A stretch of DNA of 64,000 nucleotides from a virus. A program made the position numbers and the translations under genes. The stretch is taken from positions 1 through 64,000 of IMG/VR virus record IMGVR_UViG_3300044638_004201. One strand, written 5' to 3'. Shown piece after piece: positions 18,455 through 28,007 of the stretch. The stretch's first letter is position 1. Every line of letters starts with the position of its first letter. Under the pieces are notes generated by a model. The model ran no database searches and was not told the origin of the DNA. It saw only the letters and a list, made by a program, of their open reading frames with translations.

Positions 18455-19669
18455 ATGAAACCAACAGACGCACTAGACATACGCGCTAACTTCAAGAGTA
18501 AGTGTGGCGATGCTCGATGGAAAGAAATAGTAAAACAAAACATTATGATTTCTTCAGGGGCAAAGTTTCTTGCAGGAAACTTGGTCTCTATTCACCATAA
18601 GGACGAGAACACAACACTAAGAGAAAAAGCAATAGATGTTTATGTTCAGGACATTATTCGTGCTGGTTCTTCAGGAGAGTGCTTCTTCGTCAAAGATGAA
18701 ATGACTGACCTTGTTCTCTTTGCTTCAGAGAAGTTAGATGAAACAGATTTATTTGACCCAACCCTTGCGCCGACAGATAAAGGGTTTGCTTACTTTGAGA
18801 AGCCTATCCCACTTACAGATGTTCGAGGTAGAACACTTTTCATAAATGTTATTACTTGGGAAAAACTATTCAACAAAACAACTGGTGAGTTTCAAGTAAC
18901 TATGTCTTGCTGGAACGATACTGCAAGAACACCTGATGATGTTGCAGTTGAGATTATGTCTAACCCCGACAAAGACTATCAAGAGTTTGTAAGACAACTG
19001 GGTCGCTTCCAATGGATAAAGAGCCAAACTGTAAAGTCTGGAACTATTGTTGGTGCTAAGCAAATAGAACTAACAGAAGAACAGATGCAAGAAATTAGAG
19101 CAATCACTTTCCAAAATAGCCACGGGTTAGACAAGAGCGTGGAAGATGTTGATGGAACTAAAAAACTAATAGATAAAGTAGTCAAGGACAACACACACAG
19201 AACAAAAGAAATTGGCGCACAAATACAAAGCAACTTGGGTTGGGATAAACTTACAGATGAGCAATGGGAAGAATACAGAAAAAGAGTAGTTACAAACCCT
19301 ACAAACTTGGTGCGGATACTTCACGCTTACTGGCTACTTATGTCGCAGACGATTGTTGAAAAAGCAAAAGAAACTGGCGATAGAACACAACGCAGAAGAT
19401 TAGAACGCGAAAGTTGCCCAACAGAGGTTGTTGTTATTCAATTCCGCAAGCGTAAGTATTACAATGAAAAAGGCGAAGAAACTGAGGACAGTAAAAAGAT
19501 AGATTGGTCGCACAGGTGGTTGGTTGGTGGGCATTGGCGTTGGCAACCATACAAAGACCCTGCGAGTGGTGGGGAAATCAAAAAGCGTATTTGGATTAGC
19601 CCTTATGTGAAAGGTCCGGAAGATAAACCTCTAGTGATGAAGGAAAGGGTTTATGTTCTCGCTAAATAA
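18455..19669 (+). CDS. Conserved phage protein with C-terminal GHWRxQ...WIxPYxKG motif (leaderless)
   Basis: WSHRWLVGGHWRWQPY...IWISPYVKGP; TTGCGT-17-TAGGGT promoter 6 nt before ATG. Confidence 0.8.
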   Translation: MKPTDALDIRANFKSKCGDARWKEIVKQNIMISSGAKFLAGNLVSIHHKDENTTLREKAIDVYVQDIIRAGSSGECFFVKDEMTDLVLFASEKLDETDLFDPTLAPTDKGFAYFEKPIPLTDVRGRTLFINVITWEKLFNKTTGEFQVTMSCWNDTARTPDDVAVEIMSNPDKDYQEFVRQLGRFQWIKSQTVKSGTIVGAKQIELTEEQMQEIRAITFQNSHGLDKSVEDVDGTKKLIDKVVKDNTHRTKEIGAQIQSNLGWDKLTDEQWEEYRKRVVTNPTNLVRILHAYWLLMSQTIVEKAKETGDRTQRRRLERESCPTEVVVIQFRKRKYYNEKGEETEDSKKIDWSHRWLVGGHWRWQPYKDPASGGEIKKRIWISPYVKGPEDKPLVMKERVYVLAK

Positions 19670-19737
19670 TTAAATAGATACTTGACAAAACTATCAAAGT
19701 ATGATTTACTTAGGTATAAGGAAAGGGGGTTAGTCAA

Positions 19738-19992
19738 ATGACTAACGAAGTTATAAGTTTAGAGATTGACGCAGAAGAAGGCGCATTTATTAATATGGGC
19801 TTGGCTCTGCTACTTGAGATGTTGAGTGAGGACATTGACAGGGTGGCGAACTTAAAGAAAGACCACCACCTAGAAAAGTTGATGTTCCTTATGGATACAA
19901 AAATGGGCGTAGGTAGTTTGTGGCGCAAGGTTCTAGTTACCTGTGGTGCTGACCCTGAGGACATAGCAGAACACCTAAGAGAGCAGAACTAA
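19738..19992 (+). CDS. Hypothetical protein
   Basis: Own promoter and RBS. Confidence 0.7.
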   Translation: MTNEVISLEIDAEEGAFINMGLALLLEMLSEDIDRVANLKKDHHLEKLMFLMDTKMGVGSLWRKVLVTCGADPEDIAEHLREQN

Positions 19993-19994
19993 TA

Positions 19995-20165
19995 ATGGTA
20001 ATCAAAGAAGTAGAGTTGGAATACACGCCAAACACTCTTGCTAAGTTGGTAAGAGATAACTACGGAAAAAATGCCGTTGAGTATTTGATTGGCAGACTAA
20101 CTAGCGTCATAGACGAAAGACAACTAAAAGTTTTGATTGACTATGAAAGAGGTAAAAATGGATAG
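19995..20165 (+). CDS. 56-aa hypothetical protein
   Basis: Fills the operon gap; not in track. Confidence 0.55.
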   Translation: MVIKEVELEYTPNTLAKLVRDNYGKNAVEYLIGRLTSVIDERQLKVLIDYERGKNG

Positions 20166-20391
20166 CATACTTCTCAGTAGAACTGTGATGTTTGTTGGCG
20201 ATTACTTTACGCTAATGACCACTATTGTCTTAGACGAAAAACTACGCAACGAAAATGAAAGCGACAATGACTTTGCGGTTCGTGTTGCCTCTATTTTTAT
20301 GAACGAGTATTACGGATTTGATGTTGAGGCAGTATCTAATAGCATTGGTGTTGTTGATGAAAATGGAGATGAGGTAGAGGAAGATGTCTAA
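20158..20391 (+). CDS. Hypothetical acidic protein
   Basis: Overlapping operon ORF. Confidence 0.65.
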   Translation: MDSILLSRTVMFVGDYFTLMTTIVLDEKLRNENESDNDFAVRVASIFMNEYYGFDVEAVSNSIGVVDENGDEVEEDV

Positions 20392-20728
20392 CCTTGACTT
20401 TCTAGTATCTATTACTGAAGCCATTGAAACTGGCAAAGTAGATAATCAACTGGACACGATTGCTAAAGCAATTCAAGAGCGAAAGAACTTGTTGCGAACA
20501 GGAGTATCCATAGACGACTTCTCCATTGGGGATAGGGTTGTTATCAACGAAAGATGTGGCACAAAGTATTTGCGTGGTGAAGTAGCGACCATTGTTGGTA
20601 TTCGCAGAACCAAGATAACAATTCAGTTTGATAACCCTTCGGGCAGATTTGTTCGCAAGAACTCAGACGGAACTATCTACTCCTCAGATGTGGTTGTGCC
20701 GATTGAGATTGTTGATAGGAAAAAGTAA
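20384..20728 (+). CDS. SH3/KOW-like fold protein
   Basis: FSIGDRVVI...YL.GEVATIVGIRRTKITIQFD. Confidence 0.65.
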   Translation: MSNLDFLVSITEAIETGKVDNQLDTIAKAIQERKNLLRTGVSIDDFSIGDRVVINERCGTKYLRGEVATIVGIRRTKITIQFDNPSGRFVRKNSDGTIYSSDVVVPIEIVDRKK

Positions 20729-20759
20729 AAAACCTAAAAGTATGTTAAAGTGGTAACTC

Positions 20760-20862
20760 CTTAGGTGTGGGAGTTATCCCCCTTTCACCCACCCTGAGAT
20801 GAGAGTGGCATACCCTTCCACTCCGCTAACCTCTTTCTCCCTGTCTGAGACTGGGGTTAGTG
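20760..20862 (+). ncRNA. Triple hairpin with anti-SD loops
   Basis: Loops ATCCCCCTTTC, CATACCCTT and CCCTGTC; TGnTAAAGT extended -10 upstream. Confidence 0.5.
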
Positions 20863-20947
20863 TCTAGAACTACTTGACTTCTGTGCGGTTTATGTTATGT
20901 TATAAAATCTAAAATCACTTCTTACAGACCCCATTACTATTTTGTGT

Positions 20948-21193
20948 ATGGAAATTGTCTCTAAGGATTATCACCCAAATGGTTCGGCTGCACCTTTTAT
21001 GATTGCGATTGTTGATGACCCTGCGGACGGGGACACTAAACTGGTAATAATGTTTGATGAAACTGACTATGTTGCGGTTTTATCACTTGACTCTCTACAA
21101 AGAGACGAGGACATTTCAGCAAGAAACAATGGATACCACGGGGATAGATACGAAAGATTGCGTTTAGACTTGTGGGACGGGTTTGCTGGCTAG
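20948..21193 (+). CDS. Hypothetical protein
   Basis: ORF downstream of a -10 element. Confidence 0.6.
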   Translation: MEIVSKDYHPNGSAAPFMIAIVDDPADGDTKLVIMFDETDYVAVLSLDSLQRDEDISARNNGYHGDRYERLRLDLWDGFAG

Positions 21194-21230
21194 GCAAAAA
21201 GTAAAAACTTACGAGGGTTGAGGGTGCGCT

Positions 21231-21797
21231 GTGACTACGATTGCTGCTGTTCAGGGTGAAAACTGGGCTGTCGTTGGTTATGACTCACGAGTAACTGAAG
21301 AAAACGAAAAGATTTACACACTTCCAAAAGATAATGGGAAGTTATTTAAGAACGGGGCATACCTTATTGGGGTAGCCGGCGACATGAGGGCTATCAACTT
21401 ATTATCATTTGTGTTCAAGCCGCCTGCAATAACACCAACAACTTATGGAGTTAAACTCGACAAGTTTATGACTGCCATTTTTATACCTGAACTGAAGAAA
21501 TGCTTTGAGGACAACTCATACTCAAAAGATGGCGACCAAGATAGCCAAGTGATGGTTCTTATAAATGGAACTGTCTATGAGATTGGCAACGACTATTCGT
21601 GGGCACGGGACGAGAGTGGGGTTTATGCCATTGGTTCTGGAAGTGCTTACGCTCTGGGTGCTTTGCTGGGGACTCTAGAAACAAGAAAGAGGACTCTGGC
21701 AACTGCCAAGACGCTAATCAGACAAGCATTGACTATCTCTGCCAAACTTGACCCTAACACAAGTGCGCCTATCTATATAAATGTGCAGCATTTTTAA
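21231..21797 (+). CDS. Ntn-hydrolase, HslV/proteasome beta-subunit-like protease
   Basis: N-terminal TTIAA, DSRVT, K, GVAGD, AIGSGS.YALGAL. Confidence 0.85.
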   Translation: MTTIAAVQGENWAVVGYDSRVTEENEKIYTLPKDNGKLFKNGAYLIGVAGDMRAINLLSFVFKPPAITPTTYGVKLDKFMTAIFIPELKKCFEDNSYSKDGDQDSQVMVLINGTVYEIGNDYSWARDESGVYAIGSGSAYALGALLGTLETRKRTLATAKTLIRQALTISAKLDPNTSAPIYINVQHF

Positions 21798-22024
21798 TAC
21801 CTAGTTAAGGCAAACTACAAACAACTTCTGTGCTGTGAGGACCGGCGTGCCGTAGATTTTTACTTTTTGCTGATGCACTGCTGCCGCTGCTGGTGACCTT
21901 CTGGAATTGTTGGTAGTCGTTAATACCTGGTTGAACAACCTATGAAACGATTTGCGTTAGCCCTTGTAAAAATAATTTGCGACACTACTTGACTTGCCTA
22001 TCCTAAAATGCTATCCTTCAGTTA

Positions 22025-22101
22025 TTCGGTAGGGGGAAGTCGCTGGTCACCTGAACGCCTATAACTTGCAAGGGGCGGAAACAATACGACTCCCTACCGA
22101 A
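22025..22101 (+). ncRNA. Structured 5' leader RNA (copy 2)
   Basis: TTCGGTAGGG..GTCG / CGAC.CCCTACCGAA closing stem at the predicted TSS. Confidence 0.5.
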
Positions 22102-22117
22102 CCTAAAAGGGGGAAAA

Positions 22118-22348
22118 ATGGATTCAGTAGAGTTTGACGAGTTTGGCAGAGTTTATCTTCGCCCAACTTATTACGCGGGTCGTGGTATTGCGGGGCCGGG
22201 TAGAACACCAACAAAAATAAACACAAAGATTCGTTTCTGCGTTATCTGCGAAAAGAAACTTTCTATTTACAACACCGACAAAGATAATGTTTGCTTTAGC
22301 GATACCTGCGAAAAAAAGTTTCAAGACTCAAAAAAGAATAAGAAATAA
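22118..22348 (+). CDS. Zinc-finger hypothetical protein
   Basis: CVICEKKLSIYN....C. Confidence 0.65.
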   Translation: MDSVEFDEFGRVYLRPTYYAGRGIAGPGRTPTKINTKIRFCVICEKKLSIYNTDKDNVCFSDTCEKKFQDSKKNKK

Positions 22349-22412
22349 TACTTGACTTTACTTTGGTAAAGTGTTACACTTGCTACAACAACAACTTACA
22401 GGGGGTAAGTAA

Positions 22413-23091
22413 ATGTCCGACATGATTCTAAAGCACCTAGCACTCTATGCGAGTGGCAAGGTTGTCCCTATTTGCGGTGAGTGCGAGAAAGCACTTACAC
22501 CCAATGAAATTGGGTATGGACACGATTGTGAGGTAGCGTAATGAACACTATCTCAATGAGTTATCACTTGCGTGGAAACTTTTATCCACCACTACCACTT
22601 GACTATGCAGAACCTGCTATCAAGGCTTGGGAGTTTTATCAAGAAGAAAACTATGATGCGGTAGTCGTATTACCTGCCGACATAGTGCCTCACCCTGCTA
22701 CTGCCGTAAAGACAGATGCTGGTTGGGAAATAACTGCTAGCGAACTTGTAAGAATACTTAGATTGGATAGGTAATGAGCACACTAACAGAAGTATTTGAT
22801 ACTTTGGTAAAAGAAAGAGTTAGCGAGGCTAAGGCTATTGCCTTTGATACTTGCCACAAGATTTATCTGCTTATGGACAATGAACAGGTAGAACTAATGA
22901 GAACTTATGGCTACGACCCACTTATTACTAAAGAAGATGCCACACCTGATGTAATGCTTGCGACACTGCAAGAGTGGTATGAAGATTCTTGCGGGCTTAG
23001 ATTTATTGAAGCGGTTAGCACTAATCACGAAAATCCTAATGCTGGATTCGAAACCCTAATTGGTCAAGGAGATTTTGCTGAAGACGACTAA
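22413..23091 (+). CDS. Three coupled small genes (22413-22541, 22541-22774, 22774-23091)
   Basis: TAATG overlaps; own promoter at 22352 and terminator at 23105-23131. Confidence 0.65.
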
Positions 23092-23275
23092 CAAACAATT
23101 AGAAATGCCCCGCCTAGTGCGGGGTATTTTTATTTAATTTGCAGTGGGACGCTGTGGCAAAAAGTAAAAACCTGCAATAGCGCCCAGTGCATTTGCACAC
23201 TACAAACAATTTGAGAAGTCTAAAATCCCAGAAACCCTGACCCAAATGATGTGAAGACAAAACGGACATTTTGCC

Positions 23276-23291
23276 TGTGAAATAGGTCACA
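23276..23291. promoter_or_regulatory. CRP/GlxR-like site TGTGA-N6-TCACA
   Basis: Exact consensus; related sites at 17792, 29482, 29943 and 30632. Confidence 0.55.
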
Positions 23292-23367
23292 AAAATAATC
23301 CATTGAGAAATGCCTACCTCAATCGTCATAAGAGGTAGAGGGAAAAACAGAAAGGAGGAAAGCCTCA

Positions 23368-23994
23368 ATGGAAAAGACACTACAACAGAAACTAGACGAA
23401 CTAAGTAAAGCCTTAGAACCTGTCCTGTGGGATTTGCTAGATGAAGTGGAGAAAGACTAAGAGTCATTGACTTTTGGCTTACTTAATCGTCGTTAATAAG
23501 TAGAGGGATAAATAATCCCAAGAGGAGGAAGAAATGCTAAAACTGAAACAAACAAGAAAGGCAAGAAAGCAATACGAGCCAGAAGATGAGTTAGTGCTAG
23601 TAATGGACACACCTGACCTAGACGCTATGGAACACGAAGCCTTTAGGCTCAACACGGAAGTTTGGCTAGATGAAGTCTTAGGTTTGGGTGGGGGTGAATA
23701 AAAGGTATTTGACTTTTGTTTAGAGATGTAGTAAGATTAACTTATCAAAGAAGGAAGGGGGTGAAATAAATGATTTCTTTCGGAGATTTTGTAAATTGGG
23801 TAGAGCCTAATGGCAACTACGAGAACTACTGTATTCAATGCGGACGCAAGACAGGTAAGAACGCTTACCTAGTAAATGTATCCACAGGTGGTGCGGTGCT
23901 ACACCCAGCCAGCGAAGCAGACTCACAGGGGTTCTGGAACATAGGCAGAGAGTGTGCCAAAGAGTTTGATAAAGCGGTTCTGGTCAAGAACTAA
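23368..23994 (+). CDS. Three small genes (23368-23460, 23534-23701, 23770-23994)
   Basis: Each has a strong RBS; terminator at 24013-24043. Confidence 0.6.
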
Positions 23995-24215
23995 AGCCCA
24001 ACAGATTTTAGAGAAGCCCCCGTTGATGCGGGGGTTTTTTCTTTGGCAACTATAAACAACTTGGTCAAATCGAGGGCCCGGTGGTGCATTAGCAAAAAGT
24101 AAAAACTCTCCTTCAGATCCGCTGCAAGTAAAAACAACTTGGGTTGTTTGCTGAAGGGACTTGACAAATGTCAGGAAGGTTTGATAGTATGTGGATACCT
24201 AAGAAGGGGGAACTT

Positions 24216-24449
24216 ATGTTTAGAGATTGGCTATTCGGTGATTTCAAATACGCATACCGAACAACGAAGGTAGAGAAGATTATCTATAAGAAAATCGCTT
24301 TAGTAGTTATTGCGGTTCTGTTCATTATGATAATGATTGACGCCTCTGCTCTAGGTCTTGTTCTGTTCTTTGGTCTTGGCTGGTATGCCAAGCAAAAGTA
24401 TGACTTGAAAAAGAAAGTAGTGCGTAAGCGCAAGAAAAAAGTTTCATAA
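24216..24449 (+). CDS. Small membrane protein with basic tail
   Basis: Two hydrophobic segments; KKKVVRKRKKK. Confidence 0.65.
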   Translation: MFRDWLFGDFKYAYRTTKVEKIIYKKIALVVIAVLFIMIMIDASALGLVLFFGLGWYAKQKYDLKKKVVRKRKKKVS

Positions 24450-24508
24450 GCCGATTTGACAAATGTCAGGAAGGTATGATAAACTCTCCATAGAAAGGGG
24501 AAATACAA

Positions 24509-25042
24509 ATGAACACTTCTCCACAAGATGAAGCACTAGAACTACTAGAAACAAAAATAGCACCACGCTCTTATACGATTGACTATCCAAAAGAATTGTG
24601 GTCTGAGTTATTGCCCGGCTTATGGCAGGGTGGAACTGATGATGACGACATTTATGACCAACTAGCAACGCCAGCAATTACAAAAAAGAACTTTGATTTT
24701 GTGATTACAGCCTACGCTTGGGCTAATCCTGTTGATTGGTTTGTCAAGGAAATCCGTTTCGGATTTTATGACAGCGACATGGCAGACTTTGACCCAAATG
24801 ATTTACAAGGAATTGTTCGTATGGCTCACGCAGAGTGGAAGCGAGGACAGCGTGTCCTTATTCGTTGCCAAGCAGGTATGAACCGAAGTGGTCTAATTAT
24901 GGCTCTAGTCCTTATTCGTGAGGGCTACACGCCACAAGAAGCGATTGACTTGATACGGGCTAAGAGAAGCAAGCACGCCTTGTTCAATGGTCGCTTTGAG
25001 AAGTGGCTGAGTGAAGTTGATGTTTCGGCGTGGAGAAACTAA
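24509..25042 (+). CDS. Dual-specificity/tyrosine protein phosphatase
   Basis: CX5R loop VLIRCQAGMNRSG, upstream FYD, AIDLIRAKR. Confidence 0.88.
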   Translation: MNTSPQDEALELLETKIAPRSYTIDYPKELWSELLPGLWQGGTDDDDIYDQLATPAITKKNFDFVITAYAWANPVDWFVKEIRFGFYDSDMADFDPNDLQGIVRMAHAEWKRGQRVLIRCQAGMNRSGLIMALVLIREGYTPQEAIDLIRAKRSKHALFNGRFEKWLSEVDVSAWRN

Positions 25043-25139
25043 GACACGCCGAAAGTCAGGAAGGTTTGACAAAAGGTCAGGAAGGCTGTAATCTTAGGGT
25101 ATTGACTAGGAAAGTCAATAGAAAAGGGAGAAAGACAAA

Positions 25140-26073
25140 ATGAAAACAGAAGCAAAGTTTATTAGACGCAGAATTGCCGTTGGACTTATTTTGCTTGCTT
25201 TGTTCGCTTGGGCTCTTGACGCTACTACACCTGAGATGTGTAAAGTGCCGACAGAACAAATGAATCAATTTTGTTTAGACCTGTTGTATCCATAATAACT
25301 AAAGGGGGTAGTAATAATGTCAGGTTGGAGAACTAAAAAAGCAAATGCTTTAGCAAAAAGAGAAGCCTCTTTTATCAAAAGCAGAGAAAGACTTAGCACA
25401 CCTCGTGCGGAGTTTTTACTAAAGTTTGCTTTTATGAGTGATGAGCAGTTTGAGAAATGGTCTGAACTAAAGACAAGTGCCGAAGCAAGAGCCTTTATGG
25501 AAGCACTACCAATGCCTCAAATAAAAACAAATGAAGTGTTTATCAAACTAGACAAAGAAGAAAGATAGGGAAAAAGTAAAAATGAAGAAATGTATAAATG
25601 CTACTTGCGAAAGCACGGAGTTAGTTTATTCAGGCGTAGATGCGTTCTTGCTTGGTGGTATTGAAACAGAGAAGTGGTGCTACACCTGCGCCAATGCGAT
25701 TGCTTTATCTAACAGGAAGGAAGAATCAAATGTTGCTTGATAATGGAACAATGTTCGCAATAATTATTGCGCTTGCGGGTTCATGCTTTGTTATGGTTGT
25801 TGGTATCAGAGCGCAAGGTAAGTTGATACGGGAGAACAACAGACTTCGTAAAGAACTAACTGAACTTCACTACGAGAAGGTGAAGGGAGGAATCTAATGG
25901 AAGAAACTAATGTAATGCTTGACCCAATGGATTGCGGTCTTGCCTGTCAGTTTGAGTGGATAGAAGTATCATCAAACTTCTTCAGCGTTGCTGTCTATAC
26001 ACCTGCGTTGATAGTTGGTGTGCTTTCTTATTTCATCTACAAAGCGATAAAAAAGAAGAAACGAAAGGCGTAA
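25140..26073 (+). CDS. Run of five small genes (25140-25295, 25317-25568, 25582-25740, 25730-25897, 25897-26073), several membrane or Cys-containing
   Basis: Manual translation; RBS and overlaps. Confidence 0.55.
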
Positions 26074-26080
26074 TTCAGAA

Positions 26081-26284
26081 GTGGCAAAAAGTAAAAAGAT
26101 AGAGATTGATGCTGCAAAGTTATACAACTCTGGTCTTGCCATAGATGATGTGGCTGAAGAACTTGGTGTCTGTTATAGGACAGCGAGGAAAGCGATTCGT
26201 AGTAGTGGAGTTGTTTTGAGAGACCCTTCAGCCCGTCTCAGAGGTAGAACTAGCCCTAAAAGAAAGAAGGCAGGAAATGAATAA
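26081..26284 (+). CDS. Helix-turn-helix DNA-binding protein
   Basis: LYNSGLAIDDVAEELGVCYRTARKAIRSSGVVLR. Confidence 0.8.
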   Translation: MAKSKKIEIDAAKLYNSGLAIDDVAEELGVCYRTARKAIRSSGVVLRDPSARLRGRTSPKRKKAGNE

Positions 26285-26470
26285 TCTCAATGTAGTTTGG
26301 TCTGCGGTAGTTGCCAGCGTGGCATCTGCGCTCGCTGTTGTAATGGCTATCTGGGGAGACTCAGATGTGTCCTTAGCCCTCGGCGCTGTGGCGATTACTT
26401 CGGCTGTTCTGTCCATAAGGGAGAAACCTTAGGACTTGATTTCCTGTCAATAGTATGACATAATGAAGTT

Positions 26471-26525
26471 GGACTAGAGGCTCTCTGACACAAACCTTCC
26501 CCCGTCAGAGGGTCTCTATTCTTTT
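26471..26525 (+). ncRNA. Stand-alone hairpin sRNA with C-rich loop
   Basis: TTGATT-17-CATAAT promoter, 15-bp stem, loop ACAAACCTTCCCCC, U-tract; no ORF. Confidence 0.55.
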
Positions 26526-26585
26526 GGCGTGTCGCTTGACAAAGAACTTGGACTATTGTATTGTTGTCTATGAAAGGGGAAGAAA

Positions 26586-26702
26586 ATGACAAAAACCAAG
26601 AAAAAACAAATCATTTACATAGCCTGTTGGAAGTGCGGTAGCCAGTTTTCCCTGTATGAAAACGACTACAACCACGGGGCTTGTTGCGGAAAGTGCCTGT
26701 AA
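26586..26702 (+). CDS. 38-aa zinc-ribbon peptide
   Basis: CWKC...CGKC; own promoter and RBS; not in track. Confidence 0.55.
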   Translation: MTKTKKKQIIYIACWKCGSQFSLYENDYNHGACCGKCL

Positions 26703-26886
26703 AAGGCTACCTTCCTGACTTTCCTGTGATAGAGTATTACCTATGAACGACATACGACCTAACGACAAACTTAGGAAAGGTAAGTAATACCTGTCTCCCC
26801 AATGAGGGTGGCTCGGTTGGCTTAGTCAGCAACCCAACTGCGGTTTATACAACGCAGAGTCCATGTCCCCAAACAAAGGAAAATCA

Positions 26887-27519
26887 ATGCAGAAAACTAA
26901 GAGCAGAGTTGTCGAACAAATCTTGAGCGTATTGCTTTCGGTTGGAGTTATTTCGACTTTCTCTACCTATGTTCAAGCGTCCAACGCAGACGAACAAAAA
27001 GTAAAAACTGTTGTCGAAGTGCAGCAGCAACAGCAAGAAAAGAAAACCTACGAACAACTTATCGAGGCTGAAATCGTCGCCCATAAGGAAAAAATCAAGG
27101 CTCTACAACTCCAGAGGTTTGCTGACCAGCGAACCACCTTCACGGACGAAGAACTCGCTCAACTGCTCTATGCCGTTGGGTTTGAGGGCAAAGCCCTAAA
27201 GGTCGCTTGGGCTGTTGTGAAGAAGGAGTCTAATGGTCGCCCTATTGCCTTCAATGGCAATACAAGAACAGGCGACTCTTCATACGGAATCTTCCAGATT
27301 AATATGATTGGCGGACTAGGAGTAGACCGCCGAGAAAAGTTTGACCTCAAATCAAATGCGGAACTATTCAACCCAGTAGTCAATGCTGAGATTGCTTATC
27401 ACATGAGTAATGGTGGCGAAAAATGGGAGGCTTGGAAAGTTGGTAGCGGGTATAATGGTGTAGACCAAGAACGCTATGAATCTTGGCTCAAGAAGTTTCC
27501 CGAAGGAGTAACCCCTTGA
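26887..27519 (+). CDS. Membrane-anchored lytic transglycosylase (SLT/lysozyme-like)
   Basis: N-terminal TM, coiled coil, KKESNG, SYGIFQIN, LFNPVVNA, WEAW. Confidence 0.85.
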   Translation: MQKTKSRVVEQILSVLLSVGVISTFSTYVQASNADEQKVKTVVEVQQQQQEKKTYEQLIEAEIVAHKEKIKALQLQRFADQRTTFTDEELAQLLYAVGFEGKALKVAWAVVKKESNGRPIAFNGNTRTGDSSYGIFQINMIGGLGVDRREKFDLKSNAELFNPVVNAEIAYHMSNGGEKWEAWKVGSGYNGVDQERYESWLKKFPEGVTP

Positions 27520-27995
27520 TAGAGAACGCCAAAGAACCTGAGGTCTCAGAGCCAACACCCGTGCTTGAGAGTGCGGAAGTTGTCCCTACATTTGCCCCAC
27601 CAGCGCAACCCGAACCCGTGTGGACAGAGCCAGAAACTCTAGAAGCAGAAGTTGTTGAAGAAGTTGTTGCTGTTGCTGCACCTGTCGAAGAGGCAAAAAG
27701 TAAAAATGATGCACCAGCCCCGTCAAAACTTGCTGCATCTAAAAAAGTTGTTTCGTTGTCGAACCTTGTTTTCGAGTCGAAATCCAGAAATTCTGCATCA
27801 GTTGGTTTGGTGCAATTCCGTCTTGTCGAACTCGGCTTTCTCGATGCGGGTAGTGACAAGTTTGGTTGGCTAAGTGCAGGGACTATGAAGTCTCTCGCTC
27901 AGTTTGCTAAGACTTCGGTAGAAAAAGTCAATGCTCAGGACGAGAAACTAATCTCTTGTTTGTTCGAAGGGACTTCAGTAGAAGTCACTAACTAA
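27516..27995 (+). CDS. Protein with low-complexity N-terminus and peptidoglycan-binding-like C-terminal domain
   Basis: SVGLVQFRLVELGF...G.....T..SLAQF; start codon uncertain. Confidence 0.55.
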   Translation: MIENAKEPEVSEPTPVLESAEVVPTFAPPAQPEPVWTEPETLEAEVVEEVVAVAAPVEEAKSKNDAPAPSKLAASKKVVSLSNLVFESKSRNSASVGLVQFRLVELGFLDAGSDKFGWLSAGTMKSLAQFAKTSVEKVNAQDEKLISCLFEGTSVEVTN

Positions 27996-28007
27996 GTATT
28001 AACAAAA

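Larger units (their letters stand above)
8701..26564 (+). promoter_or_regulatory. Series of sigma70/SigA-type early promoters (TTGACA/T-16..18-TAnnnT)
   Basis: -35 boxes at 8701, 8903, 9171, 10373, 10813, 11869, 12321, 14013, 16412, 17829, 19682, 21989, 22352, 23709, 24161, 24456, 25066 and 26536, each with a correctly spaced -10 and a downstream AAAGGGG RBS or leaderless ATG. Confidence 0.85.
24170..26718. promoter_or_regulatory. GTCAGGAAGG operator-like repeat, 5 copies
   Basis: 24170, 24465, 25055, 25076 (+) and 26709 (-); located in or next to promoter spacers. Confidence 0.7.

Noticed and set aside
22025-22101. Hammerhead ribozyme or tRNA (also considered for 9206-9284)
   Set aside because: CTGA...GAAA are present but the CUGANGA core is incomplete; no cloverleaf or T-loop
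26790-26880. c-di-AMP (ydaO) riboswitch before the transglycosylase
   Set aside because: Only a GTCAGC-AACCC fragment resembles it; the GCTGAATCC and GGGGAACC elements are absent
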